A stretch of 49,072 nucleotides of DNA, taken from positions 18,993 through 68,064 of the forward strand of contig CAZVLM010000002.1 in assembly GCA_964628065.1 (NCBI GenBank), given 5' to 3'. A program made the translations under genes and the position numbers. The stretch is from an uncultured Candidatus Saccharibacteria bacterium. Lineage in GTDB: Bacteria > Patescibacteriota > Minisyncoccia > Phycocordibacterales > UBA1006. A model generated the notes under the pieces. The model did no database searches. It worked only from the letters and a program-made list of their open reading frames with translations, and was not told where the DNA came from. Positions 16,947 through 24,241 of this stretch are shown here, one piece after another (within the stretch, counting starts at the first letter, position 1; the number at the start of each line of letters is the position of its first letter).

Positions 16947-17393
16947 ATGCGAAAGAAAGTATTTGTCACGGGCGGAATGATTGCGCTTTTCCTGATTTTA
17001 AGTTCAAGTACTGCACTAGCTGCGAATTTACAGTTAAATCCTAATGATATTGCTACTATTAAAAGCGAGCTCGCTTCTGGTAAGCCCATCAAAGATGTTC
17101 TCGTAGAACACCAAATCACGATGAAGGACATCCGTGAAGCGCTCGGAGCCGTTGCTAACGAAGAAGGTCATCATAAGCTCTCCAACACACAGATCGCAAC
17201 GATTGCGACAAAACTGGGGCTTGATGTGACCCAAATCCAAGCGGAAATCGCCTCTGGAAAATCTCTCCATGAAATTTTAAATAGTCACAGTATTACTCAG
17301 GACCAAGTACGTGAAGCTCTTGGGCGAAAGCACAATGAGTCACTTAAAAAAGGAAAGACCGCGAGAATTCGACCATTGAAAGATCAGGCGTAA
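16947..17393 (+). CDS. Secreted/anchored protein with an internally duplicated module of about 30 aa
   Basis: N-terminal signal/anchor (VFVTGGMIALFLILSSSTALA). Repeats IKSELASGKPIKDVLVEHQITMKDIREALG and IQAEIASGKSLHEILNSHSITQDQVREALG. Confidence 0.55.
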   Translation: MRKKVFVTGGMIALFLILSSSTALAANLQLNPNDIATIKSELASGKPIKDVLVEHQITMKDIREALGAVANEEGHHKLSNTQIATIATKLGLDVTQIQAEIASGKSLHEILNSHSITQDQVREALGRKHNESLKKGKTARIRPLKDQA

Positions 17394-17441
17394 TTACGCA
17401 AGATTAATGAAAACCCCGAAGGAATCCTTCAGGGTTTTTGC

Positions 17442-17873
17442 TTACATTCTTATAGAATCAATATCTTTTACTGTAATCCAAGCACAGGCATTTCCGAAAC
17501 CTTTTTTATTAATAGAGAAGGGCTTTATAGATTTCGGATTTTTAAGGAAGACAAGGATGGCGTACTGTTTTGATTGGGTCCAAGTGAGGGCCTTGGCGGG
17601 ATTTGCGAAGCAAATCCCGCCGTTTCCTCCATACTTTTTGATAATACCTTTCAGTTCTTTTTGTGAGTAGTGCTCACACTGAAGAACATTTGTAACTTCA
17701 GCTGAAGCCGTTACACTACTTCCTGAATCTTTGAAATAGATTGTATCGCCTATAGAAATAGCGTTCCAAGGCGCGCGTCGCGTCTGGTACCACCTAGATT
17801 CAATAGTTTTCTCACCTGAAAGGATTTTTGGAATAAGTTTCCAAGACTTATTCATAATTGCGACATGGTGCAT
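17442..17873 (-). CDS. ASCH domain protein
   Basis: SWKLIPKILSGEKTIESRW... is an ASCH/PUA-like N-terminal pattern. TGGTAAAAT lies 6 nt upstream of the ATG. Confidence 0.6.
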   Translation of the reverse strand: MHHVAIMNKSWKLIPKILSGEKTIESRWYQTRRAPWNAISIGDTIYFKDSGSSVTASAEVTNVLQCEHYSQKELKGIIKKYGGNGGICFANPAKALTWTQSKQYAILVFLKNPKSIKPFSINKKGFGNACAWITVKDIDSIRM

Positions 17874-17888
17874 AAGCTTATTTTACCA

Positions 17889-17897
17889 TGATATAAT
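17889..17897 (+). promoter_or_regulatory. Extended -10 box TGATATAAT, 6 nt upstream of ATG 17904
   Basis: tgatataat-ctaagt-ATG read directly. Confidence 0.55.
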
Positions 17898-17903
17898 CTA
17901 AGT

Positions 17904-18242
17904 ATGATTTTCAGAATGATTTCAATTTATAGAAAAACCAAAAAGGGCCTCAATGATCCTGTTGGTTTTGCGGGCGAAGAAATTCAGGATGCGTACACGG
18001 GAACAGTGATAATTCCTGGAATCATCCTGTTGGCAGTAATTATTATTCTTGGGATACTAAGCTTTACTCATTTAATTGCAGCACCTTCGCTTGCAGCGCA
18101 AATATTCTTTTGGATATTTCTTGTTGTAGGAATTATCTATACAGTTATTGCTGTTGTAATAGGAAACCTGATTGCTCGAATTATAAAAATAGGGGAAGAT
18201 CGCATCAGGTCAACAATGTCTTCAGATCAAAAATTGGAATAA
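17904..18242 (+). CDS. Hypothetical membrane protein (2 TM)
   Basis: ORF with two long hydrophobic helices. Hairpin aaaaatctctttgg-cgacc-tccaaagagattttt lies downstream. Confidence 0.5.
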   Translation: MIFRMISIYRKTKKGLNDPVGFAGEEIQDAYTGTVIIPGIILLAVIIILGILSFTHLIAAPSLAAQIFFWIFLVVGIIYTVIAVVIGNLIARIIKIGEDRIRSTMSSDQKLE

Positions 18243-18283
18243 TTTTAAAAATCTCTTTGGCGACCTCCAAAGAGATTTTTGTT

Positions 18284-19471
18284 TTATTTAATATCTTTAT
18301 CGTAATCTACATCCGATATCTTGTAAGACTTTCTGATATAGAACCAGTTAGTGATGCGATTCGCAAAGTAGCCAATCGCGGCGAGGACGACGAAGTAGCC
18401 CAGTCCAAACAGTGTGAATTTTGGAATAGAGCTGGTCGTGAAAAGTCCGATAAGCGTTGCGCCAACTCCCATCGATGTTACGACGGTGAGGTTTTTTACC
18501 GAGTTCTGGGTCGCCTGAGACTCGAGTGATCCGAAGAGGTCATTCGCCGAGTTCACATAGTTCTTTGTCATGTTCCAAATTTGCTTGAGATAATCCAGCG
18601 TGTCGCCCATTGCTTCGTAGCGGTATTCGAGAAGGGAAATGAATCCCTTGAGACTCTCGTCACTTTTCACAATTCTTTCGCGAGTACGCAAATATGCACC
18701 CATTTGGTTGATGCGAGCCTCGATAAGGTTGATCGTCTTCGCATAACCCTGAATCTTATGACGGAATCCTCCGACATCGCCACCCTTAATTGCGCCTTGC
18801 TCTTTGACTTTTGCAATGTTTTCCCAAATAGTTCGATGAAGGTTAAGGTACTGGTGAAGCTGAGCTTTGAATTCGCGAAGAAAGATTTGTTCCTCAATAA
18901 AGTGTTTCGAATGCTTTTCGCCGTCCTCTCCTTTAAGGTGAATGATATACAGCTTGTCGCCTCGGAAAAGGTCAAAGTGTTCTCCTGATGATTCAAAGTA
19001 GGTTTTTTCTTTGAACTGTTCCATGAGAGCTGCTATTTCAGAACGTTCAGCATTTTCTACGACGACGAAATAAGGATAGATGGTTTTAATATTTGCAATT
19101 TCTTTTGGAACTGGTGCGCCAAGACTAAAAATGTAGCCGAGAGCTGGAGAGAGTTGGTTGTCATAATAAGTCGTAAGTGATCGTACATCAGTCGCAAGAT
19201 CTCCTTCTAGGGTGAATTCCCGATTGAGTACAATCAATCCATCTTCGGTAATTCTAACAAATACACCGCTTTTGGATTTGTAATCCACACGTTCGAATCC
19301 TCGTAGTGTAAGATGCAACGACTCAATATCTAGTTTTTTCTGCAAACTCTTGAGTTTTGCCGGATCAAGCGCAAGCCCTGATTTTGCATCCCGTAAAAAA
19401 TCATAGATCTCAGAAAGATGAAGCGTGGTTCTCTGGAACCATCCGCCGACATAGACTGTTTTGATGTTCAT
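18284..19471 (-). CDS. Hypothetical protein with CorA-like topology (large soluble N-domain + 2 C-terminal TM), no GMN motif
   Basis: C-terminal LTVVTSMGVGATLIGLF and LFGLGYFVVLAAIGYF helices. Start set to ATG 19471 (TATAAT-aattcc-ATG). Confidence 0.45.
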   Translation of the reverse strand: MNIKTVYVGGWFQRTTLHLSEIYDFLRDAKSGLALDPAKLKSLQKKLDIESLHLTLRGFERVDYKSKSGVFVRITEDGLIVLNREFTLEGDLATDVRSLTTYYDNQLSPALGYIFSLGAPVPKEIANIKTIYPYFVVVENAERSEIAALMEQFKEKTYFESSGEHFDLFRGDKLYIIHLKGEDGEKHSKHFIEEQIFLREFKAQLHQYLNLHRTIWENIAKVKEQGAIKGGDVGGFRHKIQGYAKTINLIEARINQMGAYLRTRERIVKSDESLKGFISLLEYRYEAMGDTLDYLKQIWNMTKNYVNSANDLFGSLESQATQNSVKNLTVVTSMGVGATLIGLFTTSSIPKFTLFGLGYFVVLAAIGYFANRITNWFYIRKSYKISDVDYDKDIK

Positions 19472-19517
19472 GGAATTATTATAACTCAAAATGTCTAAAA
19501 TGTTATACTTACGATCT

Positions 19518-19928
19518 ATGAACCCAATCACCATACAAACCCTTATCAAAGCTGATATCCAAAAAGTCTGGGACTACTGGAACGAGCCTGCTCATATTAC
19601 GCAGTGGTGCCACGCCTCAGATGATTGGGAATGTCCAAAATCAACAAATGATCTGAAAGTTGGTGGAAGTTTTGTTTCTACTATGGCAGCCAAAGATGGT
19701 TCGTTCTCATTTGATTTTGGTGGAACGTATACGGAGATTGTTCCTCTTGAAAAAATTGCCTATGTTATGGAAGACGGAAGAAAAGTAGGGGTTTTGTTTA
19801 AGCATGAAGGAGACAGTGTCCGCGTCGTTGAAACATTTGATCCAGAAACGCAGAATCCTAAAGAAATGCAACGAGCAGGGTGGCAGTCTATTTTGGATAA
19901 TTTTAAGGAGTATGTGGAAAATAATTAA
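19518..19928 (+). CDS. SRPBCC-superfamily (AHSA1/START-like) protein
   Basis: ITIQTLIKADIQKVWDYWNEPAHITQW...FDFGGTYTEIVPLEKIAY is typical of the Aha1-like SRPBCC family. TGTTATACT lies 8 nt before the ATG. Confidence 0.75.
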   Translation: MNPITIQTLIKADIQKVWDYWNEPAHITQWCHASDDWECPKSTNDLKVGGSFVSTMAAKDGSFSFDFGGTYTEIVPLEKIAYVMEDGRKVGVLFKHEGDSVRVVETFDPETQNPKEMQRAGWQSILDNFKEYVENN

Positions 19929-19957
19929 GTAAAAAACCACCAATGGTGGTTTTTTAC
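19929..19957. terminator. Hairpin gtaaaaaaccacca-at-ggtggttttttac (bidirectional)
   Basis: Perfect inverted repeat between convergent genes. Confidence 0.7.
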
Positions 19958-19970
19958 TTAGAGCAAATAA

Positions 19971-20480
19971 TTATAAGCCTAATATTTTCAGTACGAAGGG
20001 CGCTACAGGGTCAGCACTTGTTCCATATACCATAACGCCTCCAAGGAGTCCGGTAAGGGAAATCATAATGAGTCCGAGAACGGCCAACGTTGTTGAAAGT
20101 ATTGGATGGGTGAGAAGTTCTCCCACGAAAGAAAACATTTTGAGAATTTTTTGAGAGGTTACTTTTGTTGCAATCCATGGATTAATAAAAGTAATAAGTT
20201 CTCCTGCAAGGAGTAGTCCGTACAACCATGTTGCGGTTGCCGCAAACAATGAATGTGTTTCAACAAGGTCATGATTAGGTCGAGCAATTTCCTCTGCAAT
20301 GTCTCCAGTAAGGAGAGCTGCACCGGCGCCGAGCATTCCAAATACAAGCAGTGCTCGTTCAATGTGTTTCCACGAAACGTTAGGGAGCCATTTTTTAAAT
20401 GGAAGTATTTTTATGACCGAATACACCAAAAGGAGCGCGATAGGAAAATGAACGAGAAGGGGATGAAGGTTATATTGCAT
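19971..20480 (-). CDS. DUF2231-family membrane protein
   Basis: N-terminal HPLLVHFPIALLL motif and 4-5 TM helices. Confidence 0.65.
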   Translation of the reverse strand: MQYNLHPLLVHFPIALLLVYSVIKILPFKKWLPNVSWKHIERALLVFGMLGAGAALLTGDIAEEIARPNHDLVETHSLFAATATWLYGLLLAGELITFINPWIATKVTSQKILKMFSFVGELLTHPILSTTLAVLGLIMISLTGLLGGVMVYGTSADPVAPFVLKILGL

Positions 20481-20482
20481 AG

Positions 20483-20839
20483 TTATTTAAGTTCTCCAAT
20501 GATGAATCCTGCGAGTTCTCGTTCTGGTCGAGGCTGCCCGCCGTGTTGCCCGTTAAATGTTGCTGATCCGTCAGTTCCACAAAGTCCTTTGATTGCCTGC
20601 TGGCCTCCAGGATGCTGACCAATCCATGAGGTTAAGTCATATACTTTTCCGTTAACAATGCTCCAGCAACTTTGACTGCTTGCATGGGTTGCAACTTCGG
20701 CTTTTGTGTAATAGTTAGTAGTGCTAGTAGGAGATTCTGTAACCGGAGTAGTAGCGGGAGAAGAAGTATGTGGCATGAAAATGATCCAGGCTACGATGGC
20801 TACAACAACAATACTGAGGGTGATTGCGACTTTTTTCAT
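20483..20839 (-). CDS. Membrane-anchored cytochrome b5-like heme-binding domain protein
   Basis: CWSIVNGKVYDLTSWIGQHPGG matches the cyt-b5 HPGG core. There is an N-terminal TM anchor. Start set to ATG 20839 (TATACT 8 nt upstream). Confidence 0.7.
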   Translation of the reverse strand: MKKVAITLSIVVVAIVAWIIFMPHTSSPATTPVTESPTSTTNYYTKAEVATHASSQSCWSIVNGKVYDLTSWIGQHPGGQQAIKGLCGTDGSATFNGQHGGQPRPERELAGFIIGELK

Positions 20840-20861
20840 ATAGGACAAGTATACCTAATTT

Positions 20862-21350
20862 TTATTTATCCCGTAAGGATGGCTTTGTTAGCTGCTCTAT
20901 TATTGCAGATGTAGTTTGTTCTGGGTCGAGCATACGCGTGTCTATTCTTGTTCCAAAGCTTAAGTCGTGCACTGAATTTTGGTACTGAAGCGTCACTCTT
21001 TCGCGTTCCCATTCATTCAATTTTCTTTCACCGCGGTCTTTTAAGGCATTTTCAAGACCTGGGTCGATGGTAAAGAAAGTGAATGCGTCAGAGAGTCCCG
21101 AATCGAGGGCTCTTTTTTCGCTGATAGGATAAACAACAATAACGCCGTATCCGCGGCGGTTGTATACTGCTACGATATCAGAAACAATTTCATAATTAAG
21201 GTTTAGATAGTCTCTAAATTCCATGAACTGGTCAACAAACCCCGAAAGGGAATCAAGCTCGATGACGACCATTTTGAGTCTTTTGCCAAGAATTTTTGCC
21301 ACCGTAGTTTTTCCACTATTAACACTCCCTGAAAGCCATAAGTTTTTCAT
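20862..21350 (-). CDS. P-loop NTPase/small-molecule kinase-like protein
   Basis: Walker A GSVNSGKTTVA at the N-terminus; 162 aa. TATACT lies 6 nt upstream of the ATG. Confidence 0.55.
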   Translation of the reverse strand: MKNLWLSGSVNSGKTTVAKILGKRLKMVVIELDSLSGFVDQFMEFRDYLNLNYEIVSDIVAVYNRRGYGVIVVYPISEKRALDSGLSDAFTFFTIDPGLENALKDRGERKLNEWERERVTLQYQNSVHDLSFGTRIDTRMLDPEQTTSAIIEQLTKPSLRDK

Positions 21351-21590
21351 GGTTTTAGTATAGCTCGAAATGAGTCTGAGTGGTATTTAATCAAAAATGA
21401 AGGAAGGAGGCTTTGCGTTTGTTGTCCTTGATTAAAAGTTGTTGGAACGTAAAAACACCTCAAAGGGTGCTTTTTACGTTCCGCGTATGCGGCCAGGTGA
21501 GTTAAGTACCCGTGACTCCAAGCAGTATAAGGGTATTTAAGAGAAATTCAATGAGGGTCTCTGAGGCACGTGAGTCGGGACTTTTCTTAT

Positions 21591-22067
21591 CTATTTGCAA
21601 ACAGATTCCTGGATGTTGCTTGTAAGCTCAGAGGATTCTTGCTTCTCGTTTACGCAGTAATATTTTCCAGAATTCAAACGAGAGGATACTGCGATAGTTT
21701 GGACAGAGTCAAGACAGGTTACTCCCTTAACAGCATCGACGGGAATCGATGGGATATTATTAGATTTTAATTGGTTACAAAAACCGGTGTAACTTGTATG
21801 TTTAACATAATATTGTTCGGTAGCACTTCCGATTATGTTGTGCAGTATAGATTCAGTAAATGTATCGTTTGCATCGCTGTATGAGTCTGCATTTTTTATT
21901 GTCCATAGAGCATCTTTAACTCCAGCGCTCATTTGAAAGATGTCCGACCTCTGTTGTTTGGATAAGGAAAAGTATCCTTTCGCATATGGAAATACTATAA
22001 CTATTATAACAAGCAATACTAATGCTGGAACTAATAGTTTCAAAAATCTAAAAAAATTGAATTTCAT
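21591..22067 (-). CDS. Hypothetical membrane-anchored/secreted Cys-containing protein
   Basis: ORF with an N-terminal hydrophobic anchor (LLVPALVLLVIIVIVF). No motif recognised. Confidence 0.45.
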   Translation of the reverse strand: MKFNFFRFLKLLVPALVLLVIIVIVFPYAKGYFSLSKQQRSDIFQMSAGVKDALWTIKNADSYSDANDTFTESILHNIIGSATEQYYVKHTSYTGFCNQLKSNNIPSIPVDAVKGVTCLDSVQTIAVSSRLNSGKYYCVNEKQESSELTSNIQESVCK

Positions 22068-22101
22068 AATATTCTTATACTAGCATATGTAGGTGTTGTG
22101 A

Positions 22102-22141
22102 CCCAAACAAAAAACACGATTAATCGTGTTTTTTGTTTGGG
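22102..22141. terminator. Long perfect hairpin cccaaacaaaaaacacga-ttaa-tcgtgttttttgtttggg
   Basis: 18-bp perfect stem read directly, located between tRNA-Ser and the 22067 gene start. Confidence 0.65.
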
Positions 22142-22157
22142 AACTAAATCCTCAATG

Positions 22158-22242
22158 CGGAAGCGGTGAGATTCGAACTCACGGTACCTTTCGGTACGAC
22201 AGTTTTCAAGACTGGTGCCTTAAACCACTCGGCCACGCTTCC
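22158..22242 (-). tRNA. tRNA-Ser (anticodon UGA)
   Basis: Reverse complement GGAAGCGTGGCCGAGTGGTTTAAGGCACCAGTCTTGAAAACTGTCGTACCGAAAGGTACCGTGAGTTCGAATCTCACCGCTTCCG. Long variable arm, anticodon loop CUUGAAA. Confidence 0.92.
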
Positions 22243-22303
22243 GGGGACAATAATACACGATTCGCTGAATATTTCAAGGGGTATTTGTAGTATACTTAAT
22301 TAT

Positions 22304-22708
22304 ATGAATACAAACACAAAAACAGGGATCATTGCGGGGTTATTGGTAGCAATCGCACTTTTGGCAGGAATATTCATTGGAAAAGGAATTGGTTCCAATC
22401 ATGGCAAAACAACTGGAATGCACCAAATGCCGAATGGGGAAATGATGATGAACGACGGATCTTCAAACGATATGCATTCAATGATGGATAGCATGAGCAT
22501 GTCACTTAACGGAAAGACAGGGGATGCATTCGATGCTGCTTTTCTAAAAGAAATGATTGTTCACCACGAAGGTGCTGTTGTGATGGCGCAGCAAGTACTT
22601 GCAACCTCAAAGCGCCCAGAACTTATCAAGCTTGCAAACGATATTATTTCCGCTCAAACAAAAGAAATTGCGCAAATGAAAGAGTGGCAGACAACTTGGT
22701 TTAAGTAA
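22304..22708 (+). CDS. DUF305-family protein (membrane-anchored)
   Basis: FDAAFLKEMIVHHEGAVVMA...LANDIISAQTKEIAQMKEW matches DUF305. The track start 22166 runs antisense through tRNA-Ser, so the start was moved to ATG 22304 (TATACT 7 nt upstream). Confidence 0.75.
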   Translation: MNTNTKTGIIAGLLVAIALLAGIFIGKGIGSNHGKTTGMHQMPNGEMMMNDGSSNDMHSMMDSMSMSLNGKTGDAFDAAFLKEMIVHHEGAVVMAQQVLATSKRPELIKLANDIISAQTKEIAQMKEWQTTWFK

Positions 22709-22709
22709 C

Positions 22710-23471
22710 ATGCAGACGAGCGCACTACAACTCCAGCAACGTTTAAGGAAGGCGAGAAATAGTACTCGTGCTAAAAATTGCGCACGATTTTTCAAGACGG
22801 GCAAAGGCGAGTACGGATATGGTGATAAGTTTCTAGGTATTACGGTTCCTAACACACGCTTGATCCTTAAACCTTTTAAAGATCTTCCATTTGGAGAAAT
22901 TGAAAAACTCCTTAAGAGTCCATGGCATGAAGAACGATTAGCAGGAGCGATCATTTTGTCTCACCATGCAAAAACCTCAAAGCTTCCCAAAGACAGAAAG
23001 CGCATTGCATCTTTCTATGTTAAGTATGCCGAACGATTCAACAACTGGGACTTAGTAGATGTTTCTGCCGAGTACTGTTTAGGATTATGTTTAGCTGATT
23101 TAAGCAGGAAGAAACAAGAAGTCTACTTGAAAAAACTTGTTGTCTCGAAAAATCTTTGGAAAAGAAGAATGGCGATGGTTGCTACGTTTCACTTTTCAAG
23201 GAACAAATTATCAGATCTTGCATTGTGGGTTGCAGAACAACTTATGAATGATGATCATGACTTGATTCATAAAGCGTCTGGTTGGATGCTTCGCGAATAT
23301 GGGAAGCGTGCAAGTGAAGCAGGGCTTGTTACGTTTTTAAAGAAGCATTATCAAGTCATGCCGCGCACCATGTTACGATATGCGATCGAACGATTGCATC
23401 CGGAGACGAAGACGTATTTTATGAAACGCACCAACACACCCCGCCGGCCTACGGCCGAGCGCCCTCTCTAA
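22710..23471 (+). CDS. DNA alkylation repair protein (AlkD-like HEAT-repeat family); C-terminus and stop supplied by a repeat element
   Basis: RFFKTGKGEYGYGDKFLGITVP, LWKRRMAMVATFHF and IHKASGWMLREYGKR are blocks as in AlkD-type proteins. Confidence 0.75.
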   Translation: MQTSALQLQQRLRKARNSTRAKNCARFFKTGKGEYGYGDKFLGITVPNTRLILKPFKDLPFGEIEKLLKSPWHEERLAGAIILSHHAKTSKLPKDRKRIASFYVKYAERFNNWDLVDVSAEYCLGLCLADLSRKKQEVYLKKLVVSKNLWKRRMAMVATFHFSRNKLSDLALWVAEQLMNDDHDLIHKASGWMLREYGKRASEAGLVTFLKKHYQVMPRTMLRYAIERLHPETKTYFMKRTNTPRRPTAERPL

Positions 23472-23628
23472 AAGAGAGGGCAGGCTCCGACGAGCGTAGT
23501 AGGTTATGTAGATTTCTATGAATCTCCAAGAGGTTAGCAAAACACTCCTGAATCACTTTATCTCAACGAAGCAAACCCTCTCTTTTAGAGAGGGTCGACG
23601 AGCGAAGCTCGCGGGGTGTGTTGGGTAA
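23434..23628. repeat. Composite MITE-like element (type-2 inverted arms + AT-rich core), second copy
   Basis: Left arm caacacaccccgccggcctacggccgagcgccctctctaaaagagagggcaggctccg. Right arm gaagcaaaccctctcttttagagagggtcgacgagcgaagctcgcggggtgtgttg. The core shares atctc..agagg.ta.caa and acgaagcaaa with 7958..8072. Confidence 0.75.
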
Positions 23629-23630
23629 TA

Positions 23631-23639
23631 TGCTATACT
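23631..23639 (+). promoter_or_regulatory. Extended -10 box TGCTATACT, 7 nt upstream of the ruvX ATG
   Basis: tgctatact-ccactct-ATG read directly. Confidence 0.55.
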
Positions 23640-23646
23640 CCACTCT

Positions 23647-24060
23647 ATGAAATACCTCGGTATCGACTACGGAACCAAACGAATAGGGGTCGCCGTATCT
23701 GATGAATCAGGCGGTTTTGCGTTTCCGAAAACGATTATCCTTACCGGAAATAAGGCGCTTTCGGAGATCGTAGACTTAGTCATTTCTGAGAAAGTAGACA
23801 AAATTGTGGTTGGAAATTCACTCGATCTTGCAGGTGCTCGGAATGTCATTATGGAAGATGTTGATGTGTTTACCGAAGAGCTTCACAAACTTACTGGAAT
23901 TCCTGTAGTACTTTCTGATGAACGATTTTCTTCGTCTGCCGTCAAAGCCTTTGATTGGTCAAAACCCGTTGCGACACCGCATCGCTCAGGAAAGAAAGCA
24001 GATCCTATTGATGATAGGGCAGCGGCGATTATGTTACAGAGATATTTAGACAAACAATAG
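23647..24060 (+). CDS. ruvX: Putative pre-16S rRNA nuclease / Holliday junction resolvase-like YqgF (RuvX)
   Basis: MKYLGIDYGTKRIGVAVSD N-terminus, DERFSS and a C-terminal D-x-AAAIMLQ-x-YL pattern. Confidence 0.9.
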   Translation: MKYLGIDYGTKRIGVAVSDESGGFAFPKTIILTGNKALSEIVDLVISEKVDKIVVGNSLDLAGARNVIMEDVDVFTEELHKLTGIPVVLSDERFSSSAVKAFDWSKPVATPHRSGKKADPIDDRAAAIMLQRYLDKQ

Positions 24061-24222
24061 CACCCCTCAGTCTGCCTGCAGCAGACAGCTCCCCTTCGTA
24101 GGGGAGCATCCCTCCGTTTCGACCAGGCTCACGTAAACACGCTTTGTCATCCTAGTTTAAATGAAGCAAACCCTCTCTTTTAGAGAGGGTCGACGAGCGA
24201 AGCTCGCGGGGTGGGTTTGACC
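24061..24222. repeat. Two further repeat units: a type-3 unit (24061..24110) and a type-2 arm (24165..24222)
   Basis: cacccctcagtctgcctgcagcagacagctccccttcgtaggggagc nearly equals the reverse complement of 39859..39905. gaagcaaaccctctcttttagagagggtcgacgagcgaagctcgcggggtg is identical over about 50 nt to 23570..23620. Confidence 0.8.
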
Positions 24223-24241
24223 TGTGGTATAGTATTTTCAT

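Noticed and set aside
21351-21590. Possible SRP RNA or small RNA in the 240-bp spacer (gccaggtgag...ccaagcag; minus-strand TATACT at about 21521..21526, followed by hairpin 21445..21483)
   Set aside because: The conserved SRP helix-8 motif (GGAAG...AGCAGC context) is absent. The hairpin is most simply the terminator of the 21591..22067 gene, and the TATACT box may be fortuitous in AT-rich DNA. An Infernal scan would still be needed to exclude this fully.
22166-22303. N-terminal 46 codons of the track ORF 22166..22708
   Set aside because: This part runs antisense through tRNA-Ser(UGA) (22158..22242). The DUF305 homology, the TM anchor and a TATACT box all fit the ATG at 22304.
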